Positions 17,993-28,252 of a stretch of 32,000 nucleotides of DNA are shown piece by piece; within the stretch, counting starts at the first letter, position 1; every line of letters begins with the position of its first letter. Both the position numbers and the translations under genes were made by a program. The notes below the pieces were generated by a model that did no database searches, was not told where the DNA came from, and was given only the letters and a program-made list of their open reading frames with translations. The DNA is from Trichodesmium erythraeum IMS101. Lineage in GTDB: Bacteria; Cyanobacteriota; Cyanobacteriia; Cyanobacteriales; Microcoleaceae. The stretch spans positions 7,020,001 to 7,052,000 of the forward strand of contig NC_008312.1 in assembly GCF_000014265.1 (NCBI RefSeq). Reading direction: 5' to 3'.

Positions 17993-19072
17993 ATGAACAA
18001 ATCACAAAAATTTGATATTGCTGTTATTGGTGCAGGTATAGCCGGTTTAGTCTGCGCCCAAGAACTACAGCAGGCTGGTTATTCAGTGCTAGTCCTAGAA
18101 AAATCTAGGGGAGTCGGGGGTCGCATGGCAACTCGCCGAGTTTTAGGAAGTCGCGCTGATCATGGAGTACGTTACCTCGAGCCTACAAATAAATTTTTGC
18201 AACAATTAATTAATAATCTCGAAATTCAAAAAAATAGCCCTGATGCCGAACCTATTCTCCGACTTTGGACAGATAAAATTTATCAGTTAACTCAACCCCA
18301 GAAACCACTATTTCCCATTGCCAAAAATTGCTATGTTGCACCCCAGGGAATGAACTCTGTCGGCAAATTTCTCGCCCAAAATTTAGATATTTGGTTTAGT
18401 CGGCGAGTACAAACTATACAACCAATAGCAGAAAAAAATTGGTGCCTGAAGTTAGAAATTACTAATGATGCTGCTACAGAAAAACCTACAGAAGTAATCG
18501 CAAAAGCCATAGTTTTAGCTATTCCTGCACCTCAAGCTTTAATGATTTTAGAAAAACCTGTTGCTGAAATACAACCCGAATTTATTCAGCGTCTGGGTTT
18601 TGTAGAATATGATCCTTGCATTACCGTGATGGCAGGATATTCTCCAGCATTACAAAAAAAATTACCAGAATGGCAAGCGATCGTTCTCCCAAATGATGAA
18701 TATCTCGACTGGATAGGTCTTGATAGTAGCAAAAGACCTTATCCTACTCAGCCTATATTTGTGATTCAAAGTAGCGCCAAGTTTGCTACGACCCACCTTG
18801 ACTCCCCAGACTTACAACCATTAGGGAAAGAATTATTAGAATATACAGCACAACAATTATTACCATGGTTAAGTAGCCCAGAATGGTTGCAAGTTCACCG
18901 ATGGCGTTATGCTTTCTGTCGTCAACCTTTAGATGTTGCTTGTTTGACTACAAAATTACCGTTGCCATTACTGGGTGCTGGTGACTGGTGTGGTGGGAAT
19001 AATATTGAGAGTGCTTTTGCCTCTGGGTTGGCTGCAGCAAATTCCTTGAGTCAGCTAATTGCGAATAGCTGA
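17993..19072 (+). CDS. NAD(P)/FAD-dependent oxidoreductase, renalase-like
   Basis: It has the dinucleotide-binding N-terminus FDIAVIGAGIAGLVCAQELQQAGYSVLVLEKSRGVGGRMATRR, then ADHGVRY, and a C-terminal GDWCGG block. Confidence 0.85.
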   Translation: MNKSQKFDIAVIGAGIAGLVCAQELQQAGYSVLVLEKSRGVGGRMATRRVLGSRADHGVRYLEPTNKFLQQLINNLEIQKNSPDAEPILRLWTDKIYQLTQPQKPLFPIAKNCYVAPQGMNSVGKFLAQNLDIWFSRRVQTIQPIAEKNWCLKLEITNDAATEKPTEVIAKAIVLAIPAPQALMILEKPVAEIQPEFIQRLGFVEYDPCITVMAGYSPALQKKLPEWQAIVLPNDEYLDWIGLDSSKRPYPTQPIFVIQSSAKFATTHLDSPDLQPLGKELLEYTAQQLLPWLSSPEWLQVHRWRYAFCRQPLDVACLTTKLPLPLLGAGDWCGGNNIESAFASGLAAANSLSQLIANS

Positions 19073-19393
19073 ATGTTTAACCAATAATTAACTCAGATCG
19101 CGCTTTTTCTGTACCAATAGCTACAGCTAACGGTAAATAATATTGCAATGGTTCTGATCAAAATTGAATTGTTAGAATTGCTGGCAAATAATTAAAAATT
19201 TCCAGGCTCTCAACTATAGTTAAATTAAAGTTTTTTTTCAAACTCTTCTATAGTGAGTTAACCTTAAAGTATTGGTTAAAAATTTTGAGATATTTCCTAT
19301 TAGTTATTATTTCAAAGTACCTCCTACTTCAATAGGAGGATTTAAATACTTAATTTGCTTTTTTTATCATCTTTAAAGGGAAAGCTTAAGACC

Positions 19394-19495
19394 TTATTTT
19401 ATAGTCAGTACTCGCCAGACAATAAAACCTGCAAATAAAACATAACCTACTACCCCTACCCAGTCTTGCCAACTTCCTGATAATTGAGTTTCCAT
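19394..19495 (-). CDS. Candidate 33-aa single-pass membrane peptide (METQLSGSWQDWVGVVGYVLFAGFIVWRVLTIK)
   Basis: Hand translation gives an ATG at 19493-19495, a TAA at 19394-19396 and one 19-residue hydrophobic span followed by basic residues. It is below the ORF-track cutoff. There is no obvious Shine-Dalgarno sequence and I recognise no family. Confidence 0.3.
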   Translation of the reverse strand: METQLSGSWQDWVGVVGYVLFAGFIVWRVLTIK

Positions 19496-19861
19496 TGTTT
19501 AACTTAATTGTTGATTTTTTCTGAGATTATCATACAGCAGTTTGCAACTTGATTAAGTATAAAACTCTAAGTTTTAGGCAATAGTTAACTAGAATAGGCA
19601 ATAGTGATGGCTAATAATTAGTATTAGGGAAAAGGTGATACCAAAGTTACAGAATACTTCTGGTACCTTTTACCCTTACTATGTTAGGGATACCAACTGG
19701 GGAGTAAGGAGAAATAAAACCTTTAGCTTTGCTATAGGTGAAGTAACTAAATAATAACTAATTAGCCAAAACCATTACTTACTATCTCCTTCCTTTTCAC
19801 TTAAAAATTATACAATTTATCCCACAATTCCCTAAACTTTGTATCTAAATATTAGGAAATT

Positions 19862-20415
19862 TTATTCCTTTTTTAAGATAAACTGATTTTGATGAACTCC
19901 TTCAACAGTAACCAATCCTGTAGCGATAAATTCATTCACCGCTTTTCTAATTGGAAAATTTTCTTTTTCACGCCAATTATAATCGTCCCCTGCAATCAAC
20001 CCACCTCGTTTTACCTTATCAAAACATAACTCTAAATCTTGCTTGACAAATTCATAACTATGATTCCCATCAATATAAATCCAGTCTAAATAATTATTTT
20101 CCAAATTAGGCAGAACATTACTGGAAAAATCGCGATGAATAATTACGTTTTTCCCCTCTGTTTTTTGTACAACTAATTGATAAATATTGTCTATATCTTC
20201 CTGGCTTTTAACTACTTTTCCACCATAAAGTCTATTCGGGTATTCTTCTTGAAATAGCCAAGGATCGATTAAGTGTAATTTTTCTGGTTGGACCATATTT
20301 AAAATTTTTGACTAAAAAGACCTTTCCCAACACCAATTTCTGCACAAATAGAGTTTTTCGGCATTTTTTTTAATAAAAAATTTCTCCTCTGGAGACTAGG
20401 TTTAACTTTTTTCAT
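19862..20415 (-). pseudogene. Class I SAM-dependent methyltransferase split by a 1-nt frameshift
   Basis: The upstream 38 codons (20299-20415) read MKKVKPSLQRRNFLLKKMPKNSICAEIGVGKGLFSQKF* and contain the SAM-binding glycine motif. The body (19862-20296) continues ...MVQPEKLHLIDPW...IYIDGNHSYE...GGLIAGDDY. One extra T in the T5 run at 20305-20309 would fuse them as ...GLFSQKILNMVQPEKL. Confidence 0.7.
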
Positions 20416-20924
20416 TTTGTGACCTCTTGCTTAATTTTTTTTATTATATCAATTAGATAAATATTTGCCACAAATTATTTTCCACAAACCTTATATTTTC
20501 TATTCTCTATAGCCAGAGTTTTGTAAATTATTTTACCTAAATCACTATTAATAGTTATGACTTTTTAGATAAAAAAAAGTAATCTAATAACTATCTTTTT
20601 TGTCTACCTCATGACCCATAAATAATTAAGATAAAATATTCTATAATACTTATTCTATAGTTGGGAGAGATAGGCAAATATGAAATTGAATATTTAGATA
20701 TAGATAAAGTTATAAAAATATATTATATAAAACATATTATATAGCCGTATTTACCTGTAAGTAAATATATGAGTTTTAATAATTACAGAAGCTTTCCGTC
20801 ACGGTAGATCGCAGCAAATAATTTATGGCTATTTACCCCTAAATAGTTTTGGTTTTGACTACATAATTTATCAATCTCAAAACCGCTATCATGATAGGTA
20901 ACTAAAAAAAATTGAACCATAATA

Positions 20925-20955
20925 ATTGAATAATTGAATGTTTTAATTATTCAAT
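20925..20955 (-). terminator. AT-rich perfect 11-bp stem-loop overlapping the MOSC stop codon
   Basis: ATTGAATAATT (20925-20935) pairs with AATTATTCAAT (20945-20955) around a 9-nt loop. A T-rich stretch follows on the minus strand. Confidence 0.35.
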
Positions 20956-21754
20956 CATTCAAAACCTGTAAAATATTTCCCACTGCTACCACTCCATCAC
21001 TCTCAACAGTTGCTAATACTCCTGTGTAAGAGTGACCATATTTTTCTTTCAACACCGACAATAATGGAACATCTCGATCGCCTGTTTCTGGGTCAACCTC
21101 AATATTCATACACCGCCCAATTTTAGCAGTAACAGTAATTTGAGCATCACCCAAAGATAACTGTTTCCCCACCAAATCAAATTCTGACCAAGCATCTATT
21201 CCTGTCACAACTATATTAGGGCGAAACCTCCGCACGTCTAATATTTGACCAGTCTTTTCTCCCAAATCATCCATTGTTGCTTGACTAATAATAGAAATAT
21301 GTACGGGTTCCCGGTCAGGATAACGACTGGTTTTCCCATTTCCCACTAACTGCAGAGGTGCTTTTTGAGGATGACGCCCTCCTTTATTGGGTTCTAGAGT
21401 AGTCAAATAATTTGTAAAAAAACCACTAAGGCGATCGCGCCCTTCAGATAAACTTGTATTTTCCCTGACCAACTCAACCCCTTGCCGTCCCACAGTTAAA
21501 AATTCTGTTTCCTCATCAAAATTACAATCTAAAGCCGCTAAACCAGGCCAGTCATTCTGCACAGCAAAATGCTTTTTACTCATCCAAGGTACAACTTTAG
21601 GTTGCTTGGGTTTCTCAGAGTCCAGAAACATCAGAGCAAATGCGCGATCGCCTTGAATGCCATGACCTGCAGTTAGGGAAAGATGCTGACAAACTTGAGG
21701 AGTTAACCCCTTAACTGGATGAATAAATAACTGTTTGACTGTTGCTATTTTCAT
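20951..21754 (-). CDS. MOSC domain protein (MOSC_N beta-barrel plus MOSC)
   Basis: 267-aa ORF with N-terminus MKIATVKQLFIHPVKGL, then RRFRPNIVV and IGRCMNIEVDPETG, which are typical of YcbX/MOSC proteins. Confidence 0.9.
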   Translation of the reverse strand: MKIATVKQLFIHPVKGLTPQVCQHLSLTAGHGIQGDRAFALMFLDSEKPKQPKVVPWMSKKHFAVQNDWPGLAALDCNFDEETEFLTVGRQGVELVRENTSLSEGRDRLSGFFTNYLTTLEPNKGGRHPQKAPLQLVGNGKTSRYPDREPVHISIISQATMDDLGEKTGQILDVRRFRPNIVVTGIDAWSEFDLVGKQLSLGDAQITVTAKIGRCMNIEVDPETGDRDVPLLSVLKEKYGHSYTGVLATVESDGVVAVGNILQVLND

Positions 21755-21899
21755 GTTATTATATAGTATTGGTTTAATAACTCATAAAAAAGTTTTTATT
21801 TTTAGTATTGTTCCAGTAACAAAAAAGATAGATTTTTAACTTACTAGAGCAATACTACCAGCTTTAATTATAACTACTTAACCAGACATTTATATTAGC

Positions 21900-22013
21900 A
21901 AGACTTACGCAGAACTAACATATCTAGTAGAGTCTTTCTGACACTTGCCCTCTAAAGATAGAATATTATCAAAGTTAAAGGTAAGATTTTAAAATTCAAA
22001 GCTTCGACGTCCT
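21900..22013 (+). repeat. MITE-like element, copy A (114 bp, degenerate right end)
   Basis: AAGACTTACGCAGAACTAACATAT...CTCTAAAGATAGAATATTATC...GGTAAG...CGACGTCCT aligns along its length with copy B at 23631-23742. Confidence 0.6.
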
Positions 22014-22099
22014 CAGTAGTTGTCAGAAATTATTTTACATTTTAGTTAATAGTCAGTAGTATAGCCTAAGTTGATGCAATTAGTATAACTTTAAAAAAA

Positions 22100-23542
22100 T
22101 TGAACTATCATTCTGACTATTATTTACACAAAGAGTGGAAATTAACTAAGCTAGGAATATTAATTTTCCCTTTATTACCAACTTTTGGTATATTAACTCT
22201 AATTTTTGCAATTATTAGCACTTTCATACAAAAATGGCGCAGCATTATTAGCAGTTTCCACAATATAGCTTTAGCTTGTCTAGGCCTTTGGTTAGCGATC
22301 GCTTCTTTTTTGGCTTGGAGTCCCCAGGAAGCCTGGCTGGGGTTAGCTAATTTATTACCTTTTTTCCTGGCGTTTGCTGCTTTTAGTACCTTAATTCAAA
22401 CTCCATCCCAACTACGACAGCTTTCTTGGATAATTGTAATTTCTTCAGTACCTGTTACAATTCTAGGTTTCGGGCAATTATTTTTCGGTTGGTCTGGTCT
22501 GCTAAATTTACAGGTTATTTTGGGTTGGATGCTGGCACCGCAAGGTAACCCTCCCGGAAGAATGGCTTCAGTATTTATGTACGCTAATATCTTGGCAATT
22601 TATCTGACTGTTGTACTTATTTTAGGGTTGGGGTTGTGGATTGAAAAATGGAAAAATTTATTTGCCAATAGGGAACAGTCCTACCAGCCGCAGTCCTTGA
22701 TAGAAGACAAGCGATCGCTACAGGAACTTCCCGTCAAGGAAACTTCCCCAACTCCAGACAGGCAGACCCCATCAACAGATTACAATTTACCATCAACAGC
22801 AAGTTTTTTCAGAAGTAATGGTCTGATCAATCTTTTTCAGATCAACTCTGGTCAAAAGTTTGTTTTTTTAACAGCTGTTATCATTGCTAATACCCTGGCT
22901 TTAATCTTAACGCATTCACGCAATGCTTGGGGATTAATTGTATTTGCTGGCCTGGCTTATGCTATTTATCTGGGTTGGCACTGGTTGGTAGCATTGGTTA
23001 TGGCGGCGGTGGCAACTGTTTTCGGAGCCGCTTTTGCTCCTACACCTTTGAATAAATGGTTACAAGTAATAGTTCCTGAATATTTTTGGGCGCGACTCAC
23101 AGATCGGAATTTTGACCGACCTGTAGCCATTTTACGAAGCACTCAATGGCAATTTGCGTGGAATTTGACCAAGAAAAAGCCTTGGAGTGGTTGGGGGTTG
23201 CGGAATTTCACCCCTTTATATGAAGCACAGATGCAAACATGGGTTGGTCATCCTCATAATTTGTTCTTGATGCTGACAGCAGAAACTGGAATTCCTGCTA
23301 CTTTATTTTTCTTTGTTTGGGTAGGTTCGATATTGGGAAAGACAGTATGGTTATTAATTAATTGGTATTCTGTTAATTCTAGAAAAAACCGTTTAATTGT
23401 TTTTAGTTATTTGGTAGCTTTTAGTGCCTGCACTATATTTAATATGTTTGATGTGAGTTTGTTTGATTTACGAGTTAATACTATTGGATGGTTACTTTTA
23501 GCTGCAATTTCTGGAAGTCAAAAGTTAAAAGTCATGGATTAA
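22100..23542 (+). CDS. O-antigen ligase/polymerase-like (Wzy_C) polytopic membrane protein
   Basis: 480-aa ORF with a TTG start and many hydrophobic spans. The block LTHSRNAWGLIVFAGLAY is typical of the Wzy_C loop. A roughly 65-aa hydrophilic P/S/T/Q-rich insert lies at about 22670-22860. Confidence 0.75.
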   Translation: MNYHSDYYLHKEWKLTKLGILIFPLLPTFGILTLIFAIISTFIQKWRSIISSFHNIALACLGLWLAIASFLAWSPQEAWLGLANLLPFFLAFAAFSTLIQTPSQLRQLSWIIVISSVPVTILGFGQLFFGWSGLLNLQVILGWMLAPQGNPPGRMASVFMYANILAIYLTVVLILGLGLWIEKWKNLFANREQSYQPQSLIEDKRSLQELPVKETSPTPDRQTPSTDYNLPSTASFFRSNGLINLFQINSGQKFVFLTAVIIANTLALILTHSRNAWGLIVFAGLAYAIYLGWHWLVALVMAAVATVFGAAFAPTPLNKWLQVIVPEYFWARLTDRNFDRPVAILRSTQWQFAWNLTKKKPWSGWGLRNFTPLYEAQMQTWVGHPHNLFLMLTAETGIPATLFFFVWVGSILGKTVWLLINWYSVNSRKNRLIVFSYLVAFSACTIFNMFDVSLFDLRVNTIGWLLLAAISGSQKLKVMD

Positions 23543-23630
23543 GATTTTTAAAGCCTCAAACTTTCTTACCTTCAGCATAGGGATAAATATCTCCTGTCTC
23601 TTGTGTTGCCCTCTCCATTCTATTTTTATC

Positions 23631-23742
23631 AGGACTTACGCAGAAACAACATATATCCTAGAGTTTAATCTATATTAACCTCTACAGATAGGGTATTATC
23701 TACGAGGTGTGGTAAGTCCTATCTATATTTGGCGTAAGTCCT
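23631..23742 (+). repeat. MITE-like element, copy B (112 bp) with 11-bp terminal inverted repeats
   Basis: AGGACTTACGC (23631-23641) is the reverse complement of GCGTAAGTCCT (23732-23742). A third GGTAAGTCCT lies at 23711-23720. Confidence 0.65.
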
Positions 23743-23934
23743 CTTACCAAGAAATATTTTCAATCAATTTTCAATACCCAATACAAAAAGCCAAGCCTGG
23801 GGATGAATAAGAAATTTCTTAGAGACTGTTTGTAAAAAAAAGCTAAAGATTATTATAAAAAAGTGTTGAAGGTAGGAAAATATAAAAACGATTCTCAATC
23901 TCAAATAAATTTTGTAAAAAGTCGTGAAAATCTT

Positions 23935-24480
23935 TCCCTAGCGGTCAGGCGCGATCGCGAGTGGAACTACTCGAATCTCTGTTACCGAAACCTCTCTCAA
24001 CGAGGACCCAAACCAAATGCTAATCTCACAGAAGTAGTAAATGGTATATTCTATATAATTTATTCTGGTTGTCATTGGCGTTCTTTGCCTCAGGGACTAA
24101 CACCTTGGCAAACTGTGTTAACAAAATTTTGTAAATCGCAACGACATAGTGTTTGGCAAGAAATTAATCATACTCTACGGCGAGAGACAAGAGTCCAAGA
24201 AGTAGGACACCCAGAACCGACTGCAGCAGTTGTTGATTCTCATAGGGTAAAAATAACAGCAAAAAGGGGGAGGTATATGGCTATGATGGTGGTAAAAAAG
24301 TAAAAGGTTGTAAGCGTCATATCTTGGTTGATACTCAAGGAATACTAATAGGAGTAGTGGTAAGTAAGGCAGATATGGGAGAAAGCTTAGGGGCTAGAGC
24401 GCAAGTTTAGGAACAGAGTGAAAATATTCCAGAAGGACGAATTATTTTGGATCGAATTCAGTTGAAAACTTAAATTTTGT
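23935..24480 (+). pseudogene. IS5-family transposase remnant (N-terminal roughly 190 codons, frameshifted and truncated)
   Basis: GPKPNANLTEVVNGIFYIIYSGCHWRSLPQGLTPWQTV...PEPTAAVVDSHRVKITAKRG is followed, in a shifted phase, by VYGYDGGKKVKGCKRHILVDTQGILIGVVVSKA. It ends in stops with no C-terminal catalytic part. Confidence 0.75.
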
Positions 24481-24700
24481 ACACCAAGAAAATAGCCTAA
24501 ATTATCAGACAAATTGAATTAATTTTCCCAGTAGCTAAATTTTACTATTGCCGGATAATTCGTGTTTTTTATTAAGTTTAAAAGATTCTAATTTTGTAGC
24601 AATAGCAAAATAACTTAAGAACATTATTTCATGTGGAATGAGCATAAAAATATTTTTCTCTTTCCCATAATAAATAAACTGATGAATGATATCTGATAAC

Positions 24701-24725
24701 AGGGCAAACACAAATGTGTTGCCCT
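24701..24725 (-). terminator. Stem-loop 12 nt downstream of the gatC stop
   Basis: On the minus strand, AGGGCAACAC atttgtg... pairs back as GTGTTTGCCCT, giving about a 10-bp stem with one bulge. The following U-tract is weak. Confidence 0.45.
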
Positions 24726-24736
24726 AATATTTGATT

Positions 24737-25030
24737 TTATTCTTCACTCATAATCTTAGGAACTTTAAAAAAGTCACCATTTTGTTCTGGAGCACAAGAG
24801 AGAATATCTTCTCGGTAAGGAAAAGGTTCCAAACTATCCTTACGAGTAACATTATTAACATCAATTGCCCGAGTAGTAGGAGGTACAATTTCCGTATCTA
24901 ACTCACTCAACTGTTCAAAATATTCCAGAATGCTACTTAATTGAGTAGTAAACATTTCTTCCTCTTCCGAGTCAAGCTCTAACCTAGCTAAATGTGCAAC
25001 TTTGCGCACTTGTTCATTATCTATAATCAT
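24737..25030 (-). CDS. gatC: Asp-tRNA(Asn)/Glu-tRNA(Gln) amidotransferase subunit C
   Basis: [46 protein letters not shown] is the canonical GatC N-terminus. The ORF-track start at 25033 is a GTG one codon upstream of the ATG. Confidence 0.9.
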   Translation of the reverse strand: MIIDNEQVRKVAHLARLELDSEEEEMFTTQLSSILEYFEQLSELDTEIVPPTTRAIDVNNVTRKDSLEPFPYREDILSCAPEQNGDFFKVPKIMSEE

Positions 25031-25072
25031 CACTAATTTTTCCTGTTTTCTTAACTTAAAAATTAACTAAAA

Positions 25073-25594
25073 TTAGAAAAATACCTCTTTATTTGAACGC
25101 CCAGTAGTTTTCAACCAATTTTGAGCTTCAATATAATTATTAGGAGCTAAACTAATTGCCTGTTTCCAATATTCTGCAGCTTGATCAAAATAACTATTTG
25201 CATCTCTTGAATTACCTGTTTCTTTTGCCTTTTCTCCTCTATAGTGAAAAATCACAGCAATATTATTTAAAGCTTGAGGCATTCTGGGATTATTTTCTAA
25301 AGCTTGGTGATAATATTCTAATGCCTGATCGTGTTCCCCATTACTAGCATGAATTAAGCCTATATTATAAAGAATATAACTCCGGTCATTAGGGTCATCT
25401 TCTAAGTTTAAAGCTTCATAGTAATTTTCCAAAGCTTCAGCATATTCTCCATCAGCTTGTGCAGACATTCCATCACGATAATAGGCAAAAGCCTCTTTCG
25501 CCTGATTATTTGTTGGTAGTAGCTTCAAAATTAAATCTGCCATAACCGTAAATGACTTATCAATGAAGTTATCATTACGTTGAGTTCTGGGCAT
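25073..25594 (-). CDS. ycf3: Photosystem I assembly protein Ycf3 (TPR)
   Basis: [27 protein letters not shown]...[21 protein letters not shown]...[15 protein letters not shown] matches Ycf3 throughout. The 9 extra N-terminal codons in the ORF track are not part of the conserved protein. Confidence 0.95.
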   Translation of the reverse strand: MPRTQRNDNFIDKSFTVMADLILKLLPTNNQAKEAFAYYRDGMSAQADGEYAEALENYYEALNLEDDPNDRSYILYNIGLIHASNGEHDQALEYYHQALENNPRMPQALNNIAVIFHYRGEKAKETGNSRDANSYFDQAAEYWKQAISLAPNNYIEAQNWLKTTGRSNKEVFF

Positions 25595-26129
25595 ATTACA
25601 AATATATATTTTCAGGTACATAGACTAGAGTAGAACAATTTTGAGCAGTATGTGTAACTTCTCATAAATATCAGCCTAAAATTTATCTAATCTTTAGATC
25701 ACAAATTATTTTTTACATTCTATTCTATATGAGAATTATTAAAACTTATGCAAAACTTAATATCATTCAAATTATTTATAATCTAGAATATAGGAAATAA
25801 TAAAATAGAACTTACCCAAAAGATAAGATAATCATAGTTATAAATAACTCCTGTATAATTAATTTTAGGCAGGCATCAAAGGCAAAAAAAATCAAAAAAT
25901 AATTATTATGGAAATTAGAAAAACTCGAATATTTTCAATTTTACTATGTAGCGATATGCTTTGGAGTGCTACTTAGGAATAAAAATTAAATAAGAGCCAA
26001 AAATGAATATAGTAATGATAGGTTGATTGTTATACGATTTTAACTTCTAATTATATTAATTCTATGAATCCCTATCCTAAAAAAGTATAGCTAAAAATGA
26101 AAAAAACTCTATAAATCATTATCGGAAAA

Positions 26130-26570
26130 AAAGTGTCGTCGCTATGCTCGGATAGAAGCCCTCAAACTGTTATAGAGAGGCATAAATTATATTAGCCTAC
26201 TATTTGGATGTAATTACTATATAATTCGATTGGGAAAAGATGAACTTGATAATTCTTCAGCAATGAGCATTAGGTTCGTTTCCAGTGGAGGAGGACGAAA
26301 ATAAACGATATTAAGCATAGAAGGATTTAATGAAGCATTTTTAAAATTCATTGCCGAATATACTGCTGGTTCACCAACAAATGAACAACTCAAATAGACA
26401 AATCTAACTCGACTCTACAGTAATCATTAAAATATTAATATCTTGCCACTGACTACGGTCTAAAATTAATACTAATTCTGAAGTAAAGCAGAATAAATTT
26501 TTGATCATAGTTTTAACTAAAGGAAACCAGAATAAAGGTCTGCTAAACTCATTTAAAATCAAAAATATTT
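26130..26570 (+). pseudogene. Heavily decayed ISAzo13-family transposase N-terminal remnant
   Basis: One phase reads RRYARIEALKLL*RGINYISLLFGC...RFVSSGGGRK*TILSIEGFNEAFLKFIAEYTAGSPTNEQLK*TNLTR. This parallels the RRLYAAAEA..GGGRK..L..LV.P.T.G.P...L.WT.KS.R pattern of that family. It carries many stops. Confidence 0.55.
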
Positions 26571-27010
26571 GTATGTTTTTTCCTGAGTTTATAATTTTAT
26601 TAGCAGGAGAAAATAAATACTTAATTTTTATATTTGTACAGTTTTATATACTGATACTCACATATAATAATATTTGTAATGTTACTATTTAAGATGGACT
26701 CAATATTGGCTTTATATGGTTTTGATAAAAGCCTAATATATTCACTTTTATTAATTTTTATTTGTAATTTCCACCATTTTTTATTATGTTTTCAAAAAAC
26801 TTTTGAAATGAATAAATAATAAATTCAAAATATCGCATCAGCAACTTTTTTCACATTTAAATTAATGAAAAAAAATGAATCAATTTTCTCTATATTATTA
26901 ACCATTATACTATCTAATAAAAACGGTTTTATCAAAGATTTTTTCATAGAATTTGATTACATATAATATTGTCATTATTTAATAAGTAGTCAGAAAATTA
27001 TACTATTACA

Positions 27011-27479
27011 AATCTGGCGACTCATCTTCAACAAGTCAGTCACGATCAGATTAATCCTGGTTGAAAAAATCTTGAATTAAGGACTGAGTTTTTATGGAAA
27101 AATGTCAAAGAAGAAATTCAAACTACTAGGGATGAATATTTAATTTTTGACGATACAGTGATGAATAAAAAACATTATATTTAGTGACTAATGACTTGAA
27201 GTAATTCTCTACAAATGATGTATAATATGAGTTACAAACTAGATAGAAAATATAATATTTTTACAGGTAAATCAAGCAATTAAAAGACTTGAGGAGTGAC
27301 AATGTCGTAGAGCTAGAATTCAAAAAAACCATATTGCTTGTGCCATGATAGTTGGGAATTATTTAAAAACTAAAGCTAGGAAAATGGGGAAAACTATTGA
27401 CCAAATCAAAAATGAATTATTATCAAATTATTTAATAAATGAAATTAAATATCCAGCAATAAAATTCCAAATAATTTAA
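27011..27479 (+). pseudogene. Decayed DDE transposase remnant (IS4/IS701-like): N- and C-terminal pieces with an internal deletion
   Basis: NLATHLQQVSHDQINPG*KNLELRTEFLWKNVKEEIQTTRDEYLIFDDTVMNKK is followed, in another phase, by ARIQKNHIACAMIVGNYLKTKARKMGKTIDQIKNELLSNYLINELKYP. The family assignment is tentative. Confidence 0.5.
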
Positions 27480-27901
27480 ATTTTATAGTGGATAAATGAA
27501 GTATAAAATCAACTGTTTTTAGGGATATTTTATTAAGATAAAAATTGGAAGCGATCGCTACAATATCTAGTCTGATCCCATGTCATAAATTATGGATATT
27601 ATTTAATTCTTGTTCCTTACTACCTTCGGCCATAGTTGGGTGGCAGCTACTAGTATAAAACTAATAATTTTTACTAATCTATTTACCGTGTAAATATCAT
27701 TGAGTTTACCACCAAGCTCTTTTATATCCTCTAGGGAGACTATTTCAACTCTCATCTTTTTCTCGGCACACCTTTCCCTAGCTTTTGAAGAAGTATCAGA
27801 ACCAGACAAGCCCTTAATTGAATCGAATAATTGCCAGCTTGGCAGTAGTGCAAACCATTGTGTTTTTCATATTATATTTTGGTATTTTATTACTATTCTA
27901 A

Positions 27902-28252
27902 CTAATACTTATATTCACAATCTCTTAAATATTTTGCCCATACATAACCCTCTATTGGCCGAATAATTCTTGTCCAATTTTCACCCTCACTACCATCAGT
28001 AACTCCAAGAGCAACTACTCCACCATTTTCCAGGGTGCCAATTACTTTGCCATTTGGTCTTTCTCGTACATTCAGAGGTGAGTCAGTTGGGTCTGATATT
28101 GTACAATAACCAACAGGAGTTTGAGCTATTTGATATTTTGGAATTGGCACAATTTTTGTTTTGGAAGTAACAGCTAGGACAACTGTATTAAACCCTAATA
28201 AGCATAGAAAAGCGCAAATAGTATTTATTAGATATTTTTTCGATTTATTCAT
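27902..28252 (-). CDS. Small secreted SH3b-domain protein
   Basis: 116-aa ORF with a signal-like N-terminus (KKYLINTICAFLCLLGFNTVVLA). The SH3_3-type core is LNVRERPNGKVIGTLENGGVVALG...NWTRI...GYVWAKYL. Confidence 0.7.
   Translation of the reverse strand: MNKSKKYLINTICAFLCLLGFNTVVLAVTSKTKIVPIPKYQIAQTPVGYCTISDPTDSPLNVRERPNGKVIGTLENGGVVALGVTDGSEGENWTRIIRPIEGYVWAKYLRDCEYKY

Noticed and set aside
27603-27809. 68-codon minus-strand ORF downstream of the SH3b gene, with a hydrophobic C-terminal stretch
   Set aside because: It has no recognisable family and lies next to transposase debris. Evidence is limited to an open frame, so I do not call it.
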